Below the pieces are notes generated by a model. That model was not told the DNA's origin and searched no databases. It saw only the letters and a program-made list of their open reading frames with translations. From Flavipsychrobacter sp. (GTDB taxonomy: Bacteria > Bacteroidota > Bacteroidia > Chitinophagales > Chitinophagaceae): a stretch of 64,000 bases of DNA. This document shows positions 47,079 through 55,485 of this stretch, piece after piece. A program made the position numbers and the translations under genes. Within the stretch, counting starts at the first letter, position 1; each line of letters begins with the position of its first letter. The stretch lies in contig JAOQAP010000225.1 in the NCBI GenBank assembly GCA_025963465.1, positions 74 to 64,073 on the forward strand. The letters are read 5' to 3'.

Positions 47079-48214
47079 TATTTGAATTCCAGTTTACCGT
47101 TGTCCAATACCATGTCCTTAGGATAGTCCAGGTAGCTCCACTTCGCCTGTACCACACCATCTTTCATCAGCATTAGCCCCGGATTGGTACGTATCGCTGT
47201 TTTGCTAATGGTGTAGTCGAGCGTCATCATTGGTACGCCCATCACGTTCCATTGCTTACGATAAGGTAGAATAACATCGTAACCTGCTGAACTCAGCAAA
47301 TAAAATGGAATACGCAGGGTCGCAGCCTTGTTCATCAGGTTGCGCAGGTTGTCCATATTGGTAACAGGCATCTTGTCCGGTGCACGTACGAACCAAAGGA
47401 ATACATAACCCTTGGCTTTAAGTATTGCCTCTGTCTGGTCTGTGCCGTCAGAGTCTGTGAACGCGAAATCATGCGGTATCTTAGGCTGGCCTGTGCCTTC
47501 TTTTATCAGCTTACTGTCGCTGCTTACAAATTTCCAGGTAGAGTCCTGCCATGGATAATTCTCTGTAGTGAATTCTTTTTTCACACCATCTTTCTCGTAC
47601 ACAAAAGTGGTCTGGAACACAGGTGCTGTAGCGCCCGGCTCAGATTGCATTTTATCCCAGAGATTGTTGCCTACCCTGTAAGCCAGGCAATCATGCACAG
47701 GTAAGTGTTGCAGCGTGTACCACTGGCTGCCAAAGGCAAACAGGACGGCCAGCGTGCCGAGGGAAAAATTGACCGTATAATTTTTGAATACAGGGCGAAC
47801 TTTATTGCGATTGACAAACAGGATGATAGCTATTATCAGCAGCACTACATCTTTATAGAATGTTGCAGTGTTTGATAAAGGGATACAATCACCGAAACAC
47901 CCGCATTCTTTTACTTTGCCTGAGTACAGTATATAGGCTGTAAGGAAGGTAAAAAACACGTTAAGCATCAGCAGCAGTGTAACATACGCGCGGAACGCAT
48001 TGCCCACCAGCATAGCAAAACCACATATGATCTCGAAAGCGATCATGAGAATAGACAGAGCCTCAGAGTAATGGGTCATGAAGTTCATGTTCCATACTTC
48101 AAATATTTCGTCCATCTTATAGGTGAGGCCCAGCGGGTCGTTGGCTTTTACAACGCCTGAGAAAATAAATAAAACACCGATAATGATCCTTAATGCCCAG
48201 AGAAAATATTTCAT
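47078..48214 (-). CDS. DoxX-like membrane domain fused to a thioredoxin-fold-like C-terminal domain (BT_3928-like family)
   Basis: 378 aa. The N-terminal 4-helix DoxX-like region (LRIIIGVLFIFSGVVKANDPLG) contains CGCFGDC. A soluble C-terminal half follows. The stop TAG overlaps the GTG start of the permease (TAGTG). Confidence 0.6.
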   Translation of the reverse strand: MKYFLWALRIIIGVLFIFSGVVKANDPLGLTYKMDEIFEVWNMNFMTHYSEALSILMIAFEIICGFAMLVGNAFRAYVTLLLMLNVFFTFLTAYILYSGKVKECGCFGDCIPLSNTATFYKDVVLLIIAIILFVNRNKVRPVFKNYTVNFSLGTLAVLFAFGSQWYTLQHLPVHDCLAYRVGNNLWDKMQSEPGATAPVFQTTFVYEKDGVKKEFTTENYPWQDSTWKFVSSDSKLIKEGTGQPKIPHDFAFTDSDGTDQTEAILKAKGYVFLWFVRAPDKMPVTNMDNLRNLMNKAATLRIPFYLLSSAGYDVILPYRKQWNVMGVPMMTLDYTISKTAIRTNPGLMLMKDGVVQAKWSYLDYPKDMVLDNGKLEFK

Positions 48215-48296
48215 AATATGCTGTACTAGTTAAGAGGTTAAAGATATTAGATTTACGGGGTCAAACGATAAAAGTTTAAATACTAACTTTACTCAC

Positions 48297-48304
48297 CAAA
48301 TATA
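48297..48304 (-). promoter_or_regulatory. possible -7 promoter box TATATTTG
   Basis: Exact TAnnTTTG match, but 83 nt upstream of ATG 48214, so weaker than the other boxes. Confidence 0.25.
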
Positions 48305-48352
48305 CGCAGTGTAAGGTCAATCTCAAATCAACAATTTAAAATCACAACTAAT

Positions 48353-49180
48353 TTGTCCATACTTCACAGTAAAGGGAGGGTTTTAGATATATCATCACCG
48401 GTAGTGATGGGTATACTAAACGCCACGCCAGACAGCTTTTACAATAAGGGGGAGGGTAGTGATATAGATGGTCTTCTGCGAAATGCTGAAAAAATGTTAA
48501 AAGATGGTGCGGCCATACTTGACATAGGCGGCGCAAGCACAAAACCGGGACAGGAGCTGATAAATGCCGATGAAGAGCTGCAGCGTGTACTACCGGCCGT
48601 TGCCGTTATTCGTCACCATTTTCCCGAAGCTTGGTTATCAATAGATACTTACAATGCAAAAACTGCCCGTGAAGCTGTGGGCGCAGGAATAGATATAGTA
48701 AATGATGTGAGCAGCGGTGCATTTGATATAAGTATGCTGCAGACTGTGGCTGCACTAAACGTGCCCTATATAGCTATGCACATGCAAGGCACACCGCAAA
48801 CCATGCAGGCAGACCCGCAGTATGGTGATGTGGTAGCCGAGGTGAAACAATACCTGTCGGAAGTATGCGATAGATGTAAGGAAGCAGGTATCAGTGAAGT
48901 AATTATAGATCCGGGATTTGGTTTTGGTAAAACGGTACAGCACAATTTTGCATTGCTGCGTTCATTGGAAACATTCAAAACCCTTGACAGGCCCATACTT
49001 GCAGGAGTATCCCGCAAATCACTGATCTGCAAAGTGCTGAAGGTAAATCCGTCACACGCACTGAACGGCACTACTGCGCTGAATATGGTTGCCTTGCAAA
49101 ACGGTGCAGATATACTACGCGTTCACGATGTGAAAGAGGCTATGGAAGTTATTGCACTATACAGGAAGTTGAAGGGTTAA
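48353..49180 (+). CDS. folP: dihydropteroate synthase
   Basis: VMGILNATPDSF, DIGGASTKPG, SIDTY, DPGFGFGK and RVHDV motifs. TTG start at 48353. Confidence 0.9.
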   Translation: MSILHSKGRVLDISSPVVMGILNATPDSFYNKGEGSDIDGLLRNAEKMLKDGAAILDIGGASTKPGQELINADEELQRVLPAVAVIRHHFPEAWLSIDTYNAKTAREAVGAGIDIVNDVSSGAFDISMLQTVAALNVPYIAMHMQGTPQTMQADPQYGDVVAEVKQYLSEVCDRCKEAGISEVIIDPGFGFGKTVQHNFALLRSLETFKTLDRPILAGVSRKSLICKVLKVNPSHALNGTTALNMVALQNGADILRVHDVKEAMEVIALYRKLKG

Positions 49181-49197
49181 GAGTTAATTAGTGAAAT

Positions 49198-49725
49198 ATG
49201 AAGATTGTTGTCAGGAATTTATTTGCTGTTTTACTATTTTGTTTTGCGCTTTTTTGGAGACAGGGGACACATGCTCAATTCTCAACGGCCTATGTAAGTG
49301 TGAATGGGCTTACCTGTTCACAATGTTCCCGAACGGTAGAGCTAAAACTGCGAAAGCTGGATTTTGTAGCAGATGTGCAAATGAACCTGCAGCATACGGA
49401 AGCCAAAATAATATTGAAAAAAGATAAGAAAACAGATATAGACAAGATAGCGCAGGCTGTAATAGATGCAGGATTCTCTGTAGGCTCATTAAGGGCTGAC
49501 CTTGATATGACCGATATCGCATTTGCCCCCACATGTTTTAATTACAATGACGATCAGTACGTATTTATGTTCATGCCGGCAGGTAAGCCAACAGGTGTGG
49601 TAACGCTAAGTTTCTTTGGCAAAAAGTATATGACAAAAGCAGCACTGAAAAGTATGCAATTCCCCGCCCCAACAGAATGTGGTAGTCTTGTCGGTAAAAA
49701 GTACTTTATAAAAATAGCAGGGTAG
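49198..49725 (+). CDS. exported heavy-metal-associated (HMA) domain protein
   Basis: Signal peptide, then VSVNGLTCSQCSRTVE (GMTCxxC-type metal-binding loop) in a ~70-aa ferredoxin-like module. The C-terminal ~80 aa are unknown. Confidence 0.7.
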   Translation: MKIVVRNLFAVLLFCFALFWRQGTHAQFSTAYVSVNGLTCSQCSRTVELKLRKLDFVADVQMNLQHTEAKIILKKDKKTDIDKIAQAVIDAGFSVGSLRADLDMTDIAFAPTCFNYNDDQYVFMFMPAGKPTGVVTLSFFGKKYMTKAALKSMQFPAPTECGSLVGKKYFIKIAG

Positions 49726-49738
49726 TCCTTTATTCCTT

Positions 49739-50530
49739 TTAATCTGCATAGCGGAACATCGTACTGGCTCCGGCTGACAGATACAAAGAAAGTGCGTGAT
49801 TTATGGTGTAAGTATCTGTTGTGTCGCCCTGGGGTTTGTTTGGATAAGTTATTCGCTCTAGTATTTTACCATAATCGCAAATAAGATGCACATGTTGTGT
49901 GTTCCCGGCTGTTAGTATATATGGTTTGAATGAAGGTATTTGATCTCCCCCTCTTACCGGCAACGATACTTTAAGCAAGCCGTTTGCAGCAGCTCCTATA
50001 TCAAAAGAAAATCCGTTTTTTGCAGTGCCCGAAGTGCCGTCTGTTGTATAAACGCCTTGCAGCCTGATGAAGTTATAGCCCTTTGTAGTAGAGCCGTACC
50101 ACATGGACGAGCTGCGTTCGTATCCTGAAGGCGCAAAAATATAAGGAGCCAATGCGTTCGTTGCAGCATCAAGGCCTACATTGAATGATATATTATTGTA
50201 TGTGCCGATGGGCGCAGTACCTGCCAGATAGATCATTCCGCCGGGCGAAACCAACAGGTGTGCGTCAGGTATTGTATAAGAAGAGCCATTTGCATTTGAT
50301 AACGTTATCCCTGAAATAAAGCATTGAGCATTTGTTATTGAGAATATATATCCGCTCATGCTATCATGCATGAATGAACCATACGTTATTTTATTGCCTT
50401 CAATATTACTTTGAATGTCGAAGTATACAGTTGCTGTCTGGTTTCCGGCTTCCTTCTTTTTGCAAGAGGGGACTGATAGCATCAGAATAGACAAAGAGGA
50501 GATAAGCGTACGGCGAGTGGTCATATTCAT
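49739..50530 (-). CDS. lipoprotein, tentatively MbnP-like (copper-binding family)
   Basis: Lipobox LSVPSC. Overall pattern (F.I......ISGITL....GS.YTIPD...LV...Y....AP.G.Y..ISF.VG.D...N...MW...GY.F..L.G.Y) resembles Bacteroidota MbnP-family proteins from memory. Not verified. Confidence 0.4.
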   Translation of the reverse strand: MNMTTRRTLISSLSILMLSVPSCKKKEAGNQTATVYFDIQSNIEGNKITYGSFMHDSMSGYIFSITNAQCFISGITLSNANGSSYTIPDAHLLVSPGGMIYLAGTAPIGTYNNISFNVGLDAATNALAPYIFAPSGYERSSSMWYGSTTKGYNFIRLQGVYTTDGTSGTAKNGFSFDIGAAANGLLKVSLPVRGGDQIPSFKPYILTAGNTQHVHLICDYGKILERITYPNKPQGDTTDTYTINHALSLYLSAGASTMFRYAD

Positions 50531-50620
50531 AGTTGGTGTTTTTAGATGAGTGAAGTTAATGCTCCTTCTTATTTATAGACGTAAAAGCGTTCACTATTCT
50601 TTGGTGCAAAAGGAAAATAG

Positions 50621-50657
50621 CTAAAAAATGAGAAAGGCGCACAGATGCGCTCCTTTC
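50621..50657 (-). terminator. rho-independent terminator after the 50681-51082 gene
   Basis: On the minus strand, GAAAGGAGCGCA-TCTG-TGCGCCTTTC (bulged stem) followed by TCATTTTTT. Confidence 0.5.
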
Positions 50658-50680
50658 CCATTTTGGGTTGCTGCTGCGAC

Positions 50681-51082
50681 TTACGGCTTTGCCGTAAAAT
50701 AAGTAAGCCGTTCTGTTCTTTCATCAGAGTTCGCTACAAATACCGTCACCTTCGCGCACAATACAGTGCTGTCTGTAAGTGTGTTCACCCACGATTCATC
50801 TATTGAATAATGATCTGTATGCAGGTCATGGTCTTCTGCAAACACTACATCACTTGTAGCAGTATCTATTATCTGTATGCCGACGCCTATTATTTCAGCA
50901 TTGTAAGATACCTCAGCACTTACTTGCACTGTATCGTTGACGTGAACAACCTGTCCGGCTAAAGGTGAAGCAAATGTTACTGTAACTTTAGACAGGTCCG
51001 CAGGTGTTGTGTCTTTCTTCTGGCACGAGGCCATCAAAAGTATGGATGCAAAAACCATAAGGCTTTTGGGAATATTTATCAT
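50681..51082 (-). CDS. small lipoprotein, Ig-like, His/Asp-rich patch
   Basis: Lipobox LMASC, 133 aa. Segment EDHDLHTDHYSIDE. Confidence 0.6.
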   Translation of the reverse strand: MINIPKSLMVFASILLMASCQKKDTTPADLSKVTVTFASPLAGQVVHVNDTVQVSAEVSYNAEIIGVGIQIIDTATSDVVFAEDHDLHTDHYSIDESWVNTLTDSTVLCAKVTVFVANSDERTERLTYFTAKP

Positions 51083-51093
51083 TGTGGTTAGTT

Positions 51094-52020
51094 TTAAAAT
51101 AAGAAAAAGAGGCTTGTTTCCAATCGTGGCTTTACGGTTACGTCGTTATCGGCATAGTGCTGCGCTACCGGTATGCTATACATTACCTTAGCGCCATAGC
51201 GTTTGTAGTAAGCCTGCAAACCCACTGTGCCAAACAGTATAGTGCCGCCGCTGCCTTCATTCAGCCATTTACGGCTATAGTTATCATAGTCATGCAGGGA
51301 GTATTCATAGCGTATCCCTGCCTGCGGAAGCAGTGAAAAATTATTCTTACGCAGCCAGTAGAAGGCCATCAACCCGCTGTTCAGCCTGTTGCCATACTTG
51401 TAGCCGGCCTTGCCTGCGGTGGTTATTGTATATGCAGCATCAGCGTTGAGGCCTACACCGTCATGCCTTACTGTATAGTTGGCATTCACTATAAAGTCCC
51501 ATGATCCCGTTCCGGCCTGTACATTGGGCAGACCTTCTTCATCAAGAGTGGTAATGCCCGTATACTTGCCTGTGGACGCTTTTATACCTCCGCCAGCCAG
51601 CAATGCCTGGTGCCATGTGGTGAAATCTGTATCGTTCCTGTCTTTAATAATTACTGCATTCAGCAGTGCCGAAACATCACCTATGCCCTTTACTTTAAAA
51701 GCACTGCCTGCATCGTCGCCGTTATTCGTATGGTAGGGTATAAAGCCGAACAATTGTAATCGGTCGCTGACGTGATACCTGCCCCATACCTGCATGGTAT
51801 TATTAAAGGAATAAGCCCGCTCATGGCCTGCAGGATCCATGAGCGAAGGCTGGTCGGCCGTAAAGCCTGTGTACTGATATTGTATGCCAATAAAATGTTT
51901 GTGGAACTGGGGTAAAATGCCCATGTACTGGCTGCTGGCAGAGCAACCACACAGATCGCAGGCCTGTGCATAATAGCCGCTGCCTGCAATGATAAATATT
52001 GCAATTAAAAGGGATCTCAT
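51094..52020 (-). CDS. outer-membrane beta-barrel protein with mature N-terminal CDLCGC motif
   Basis: Signal peptide ending YAQA, immediately followed by CDLCGCS. The rest has alternating beta-strand patterns. The C-terminal residue is F. Confidence 0.65.
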   Translation of the reverse strand: MRSLLIAIFIIAGSGYYAQACDLCGCSASSQYMGILPQFHKHFIGIQYQYTGFTADQPSLMDPAGHERAYSFNNTMQVWGRYHVSDRLQLFGFIPYHTNNGDDAGSAFKVKGIGDVSALLNAVIIKDRNDTDFTTWHQALLAGGGIKASTGKYTGITTLDEEGLPNVQAGTGSWDFIVNANYTVRHDGVGLNADAAYTITTAGKAGYKYGNRLNSGLMAFYWLRKNNFSLLPQAGIRYEYSLHDYDNYSRKWLNEGSGGTILFGTVGLQAYYKRYGAKVMYSIPVAQHYADNDVTVKPRLETSLFFLF

Positions 52021-52125
52021 ATAATGTGTTTAAGTTAAGCCATGGCATAACCACGCCAATGCTTATTGAATGATAGAATACTACCTGCCGCATTGCCGCA
52101 GGTACATAAAAAGTTCCTTAAAACA

Positions 52126-52458
52126 CTATGCAGCAGGAGGATGGAAAACAGTATGATGGTATGATGCCGTATACAGGTCATCATAACTACAATACTGCAT
52201 AGCAATGAATGCTGAAATATAATGAGGTACTGCCGGCTTGCTGTCTGAACAGAAAAGTGTTATCGAAGACTCTTGTTTCTGGCTTTTAGGTGATGGGGCC
52301 TGGTCTTTGCCTTCTTTGGCCAGTTTCTTTTTCAGGCAGCATTTACCATCACAATGCATTTTGGGCTTATCCCTGTTCTCACACAGGTTTTTGGCTATGT
52401 AGTTTTTGTTGGCGTAATACTCAGCCACTATTACAACCGGGCTAAAGGTTTGCAACAA
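52126..52458 (-). CDS. small Cys-rich membrane protein (true start probably upstream, see findings)
   Basis: YIAKNLCENRDKPKMHCDGKCCLKKKL motif after a hydrophobic segment. The ORF-track start is a TTG in the middle of that helix. The open frame extends to 52512. Confidence 0.55.
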   Translation of the reverse strand: MLQTFSPVVIVAEYYANKNYIAKNLCENRDKPKMHCDGKCCLKKKLAKEGKDQAPSPKSQKQESSITLFCSDSKPAVPHYISAFIAMQYCSYDDLYTASYHHTVFHPPAA

Positions 52459-52586
52459 TATGCCGAAAATGGCAAATATGCCGATCAGTTTTTTCAGGTA
52501 TGGAGCGGTCTGTCAAAATGTAACTGCGACCATTAAGCAAAATTACCGGTAACCCTTATTATTTCCTAATTTTACATTACAGGTCA

Positions 52587-53603
52587 ATGAAAAAAGCAGG
52601 TTCATTATTATTGTTCATCTTTGTTTCACTTTGCGCACATGCACAGGAATTATTTCCTGTGGCAGAGCCGGCAAGCAATGTGCCGAAAGGTGCGCTTGGC
52701 GTAAGGGCATTCAGCGAAGGGTATAAGGAAGCCGATGTGTTCCGTAAGCTGCTTGGCGTAAAATTATTGTATGGGGTTACACCTAAGTTGTCTGTATATC
52801 TCAGCGTTACTGCATCCGATTATCATGAAAAAACACTGCCGTTCGATTTTATTGAGCATAGTCATGTTGGCGGGCAACTGGTAGGCGGCGCCGGTGCAAC
52901 GCAAAAAGGCGATGCATACCCTGTAGTGTTCAATAGTATTGATGCTTATGCCAAATATCGGTTCCTGAGTGTGGATGGGCAGAACACACATTATCGTTTG
53001 GCTGCTTATGCAGAAGCATCGCATGTTGCAGTGCCTTCACACGAGGCGGAGCCCGATCTGCTGGTGCATACATCGGGCGTAGGTGCAGGTGTCATTGGTA
53101 CTTACCTATTACATCATTTCGCAACCTCGGTTACTGTAGGGGGTATATTGCCAAAGGAATACCGGGGCAATGCAACAGATCGCTATGGCGGTATATACCC
53201 CACTACCATTCAGTATGGCAATGCGCTGGCATACAGCTTGTCTTTTGGCTACCTGTTGTGGCCTAAGAGCTACAAGAGTTATGACCAGACCAACTGGAAT
53301 ATATATATGGAACTAACCGGCAGAAAATATGGTGCTGCAAGCGTTAGTCAGAAAGATGGCCCTGCTACTGATGCATTGTCTATCCCCATATCATCAACTA
53401 CACATGAGCTGCATGCAGGCAGTTACCTGGATATCAATCCCGGCATTCAGTGTATCATCAATTCTACTTACCGTATCGAGGCGTCAGTGGGGTTTGCATT
53501 GCTGAATAGTTCTTACCTGCACCAGTATCCAAAGTATGTGATCGGTATGCAGCGCTATTTTTATTTTAAAACCAGGACATCAGCTAAAGAAGATAAAATG
53601 TAG
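52587..53603 (+). CDS. outer-membrane beta-barrel-like protein, unknown function
   Basis: 338 aa with a signal peptide (CAHAQ). Alternating aromatic/small residue strands and several His clusters (EHSHVGG, SHVAVPSHEAE). Confidence 0.6.
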   Translation: MKKAGSLLLFIFVSLCAHAQELFPVAEPASNVPKGALGVRAFSEGYKEADVFRKLLGVKLLYGVTPKLSVYLSVTASDYHEKTLPFDFIEHSHVGGQLVGGAGATQKGDAYPVVFNSIDAYAKYRFLSVDGQNTHYRLAAYAEASHVAVPSHEAEPDLLVHTSGVGAGVIGTYLLHHFATSVTVGGILPKEYRGNATDRYGGIYPTTIQYGNALAYSLSFGYLLWPKSYKSYDQTNWNIYMELTGRKYGAASVSQKDGPATDALSIPISSTTHELHAGSYLDINPGIQCIINSTYRIEASVGFALLNSSYLHQYPKYVIGMQRYFYFKTRTSAKEDKM

Positions 53604-53606
53604 CGT

Positions 53607-53999
53607 ATGGGCAGAGGGATGATATTTGTTGTTGTCTTGCTCGTTGTTGTCGGGTGTAAAAAGCCACAGCAAACAACAAGCATTGGCGGAAAGGGCGGTA
53701 CTAATACTATTGCTGTTACGCCGGAGCATCATGGTGAGTTTGTAGACACCTGTACGGTGTATATAAAATACAATACGCTGGATGCCCCTGCCGATGGCAT
53801 ATACGACGATTCTGCAGCATGTGTGCAGGTAGATACTATTCCTGTCGCCACATTTACAGGATTGAAACAGGGTAACTATTATTTATTCGGTAAAGGCATA
53901 CATGCCACGTATACGCCGCCCAATGTAAAGGGCGGTCTGCCTTGCACTATCAGTAATGTTGCTACTGTAAAAGTATACTTGCCTACTTATTCTTACTGA
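53607..53999 (+). CDS. small lipoprotein, unknown function
   Basis: Lipobox VVGC, 130 aa. Starts 3 nt after the upstream stop, so probably co-transcribed. Confidence 0.6.
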   Translation: MGRGMIFVVVLLVVVGCKKPQQTTSIGGKGGTNTIAVTPEHHGEFVDTCTVYIKYNTLDAPADGIYDDSAACVQVDTIPVATFTGLKQGNYYLFGKGIHATYTPPNVKGGLPCTISNVATVKVYLPTYSY

Positions 54000-55166
54000 T
54001 TATACTTTCCTTCTGGCTATTTCCCTGCTTATCAGCATCAGCTCACGGCCTGTCTGTCCCGCTACCGATGTATTTTCCTGTGCACGGCGCATCAGGTAGG
54101 GCAGCACGTCCTTTACCGGGCCATAGGGCAGGTACTTGGCTACATTGTAGCCGGCATGCGCCAGGTTGAAAGAGATATTGTCACTCATACCGTAGAGCTG
54201 GGAAAAATGGACCCTGTCAGTACCTGCAGGTATATGGTGCTCGTGCATGTATACTGCTGCCAGCAGGTTGCTTTCCTCATTGTGCGTGCCTACGAATAGA
54301 GCCAGGTCATCAAGATGTTGCAGGCAAAAGAGCACGGCATCATTATAATCTTTGTCGGTAGCTTCTTTATTGGGCTGTATGGGGGAGGGGTAGCCTTTTT
54401 CCGCTGCGCGGTTGCGTTCTTTCTCCATATAAGCGCCGCGTACCAGCTTGGCGCCAAGTATAAAGCCCTTACTACGGGCAAACTCGTAAGATTCCTTGAG
54501 GAACACCAGCCTGTCGTGGCGATACATCTGGAATGTATTGTAAACTACCGCTCTGGTTTTGTTGTAGCGGTCCATCATGGCATCAGCCAGGTCGTCTACC
54601 GGTTTTTGTATCCAGCTTTCTTCCGCATCTACCAGCACCATTATTTTATTGTCTGCCGCTGCCTTGCAGATACGGTCTATACGCAGGAATACCCGTTTCC
54701 ATGCTGCGTTCTCTTCTTCAGTAAGCAGCGTTTCTGCATGTATCTTTTCCAGCAGCGCAAAATGGGCGAACCCTGTTATTTTGATGCTGATGAACGGTAT
54801 GTTCTTGTTTTTTGCCGCATATTCTATTGCTTTTATGAATTCAGGCACGGCGGTATCAAAATCCTCTTCACTTTCTTTCCCCTCTACACCATAGTCAAGT
54901 ATAGTATCTACGCCATATTTGCCTATTACTGCCGCAGTCTTTGCTGCTTCGTCCATTGTTTCCCCGCCGCAGAACTGGTCGAACAGGGTGTGCCTGATCA
55001 GCCCTTTTACAGGCAGGTTCCATGATATGGCCAGGCTGGTCATTTTCATGCCTATGCTGGTAAGTACAGGCGAACCCATGGATGAGAAGAGAAAACGGGC
55101 GCGTTTCAGTTCTTTGTCACTACGGTATTTAAAAGCAATTTCTGTATTGTCGAATTCGGGAAGCAT
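54000..55166 (-). CDS. proline dehydrogenase
   Basis: VRGAYMEKER, GTHNEESN and SQLYGMSD...YLPYGPVKDVLPYLMRRAQENTS motifs. Start at ATG 55166 (388 aa), supported by the -7 box at 55187-55194. Confidence 0.85.
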   Translation of the reverse strand: MLPEFDNTEIAFKYRSDKELKRARFLFSSMGSPVLTSIGMKMTSLAISWNLPVKGLIRHTLFDQFCGGETMDEAAKTAAVIGKYGVDTILDYGVEGKESEEDFDTAVPEFIKAIEYAAKNKNIPFISIKITGFAHFALLEKIHAETLLTEEENAAWKRVFLRIDRICKAAADNKIMVLVDAEESWIQKPVDDLADAMMDRYNKTRAVVYNTFQMYRHDRLVFLKESYEFARSKGFILGAKLVRGAYMEKERNRAAEKGYPSPIQPNKEATDKDYNDAVLFCLQHLDDLALFVGTHNEESNLLAAVYMHEHHIPAGTDRVHFSQLYGMSDNISFNLAHAGYNVAKYLPYGPVKDVLPYLMRRAQENTSVAGQTGRELMLISREIARRKV

Positions 55167-55186
55167 AATGAATGAATAAAGGGCTG

Positions 55187-55194
55187 CAAAGGTA
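55187..55194 (-). promoter_or_regulatory. candidate -7 promoter box TACCTTTG for proline dehydrogenase
   Basis: Exact TAnnTTTG match 20 nt upstream of ATG 55166. Confidence 0.45.
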
Positions 55195-55485
55195 GTTGTT
55201 GCAATCTGAAAAAGTGCGTGTGATCGATCGTTGTGTTCGTTTTTAAAGAAATAACAGGGGATGAAGCGGGTGATATCTGTATTATTCAGTAAGACAAAGC
55301 CATTTTTATAGGAAAAGTTAAAATATGGCACACATTTTGCTGCATTTATGACGAAAGCGATCCACTAACGTTGCGTTCCTGTAAAAAAATATTTTAGGTA
55401 TTTGGGGGCTCAAATTTTTTTTTAAAAAAAAAGGTATGTACTTTTAACGTTCAAAATTAAGAATCTCTAAAACAAACATAGAATT

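Noticed and set aside
49191-49427. 78-aa ORF overlapping the start of the HMA-domain gene
   Set aside because: The alternate frame 49198-49725 encodes a signal peptide plus an HMA motif, whereas the 49191 frame has no features.
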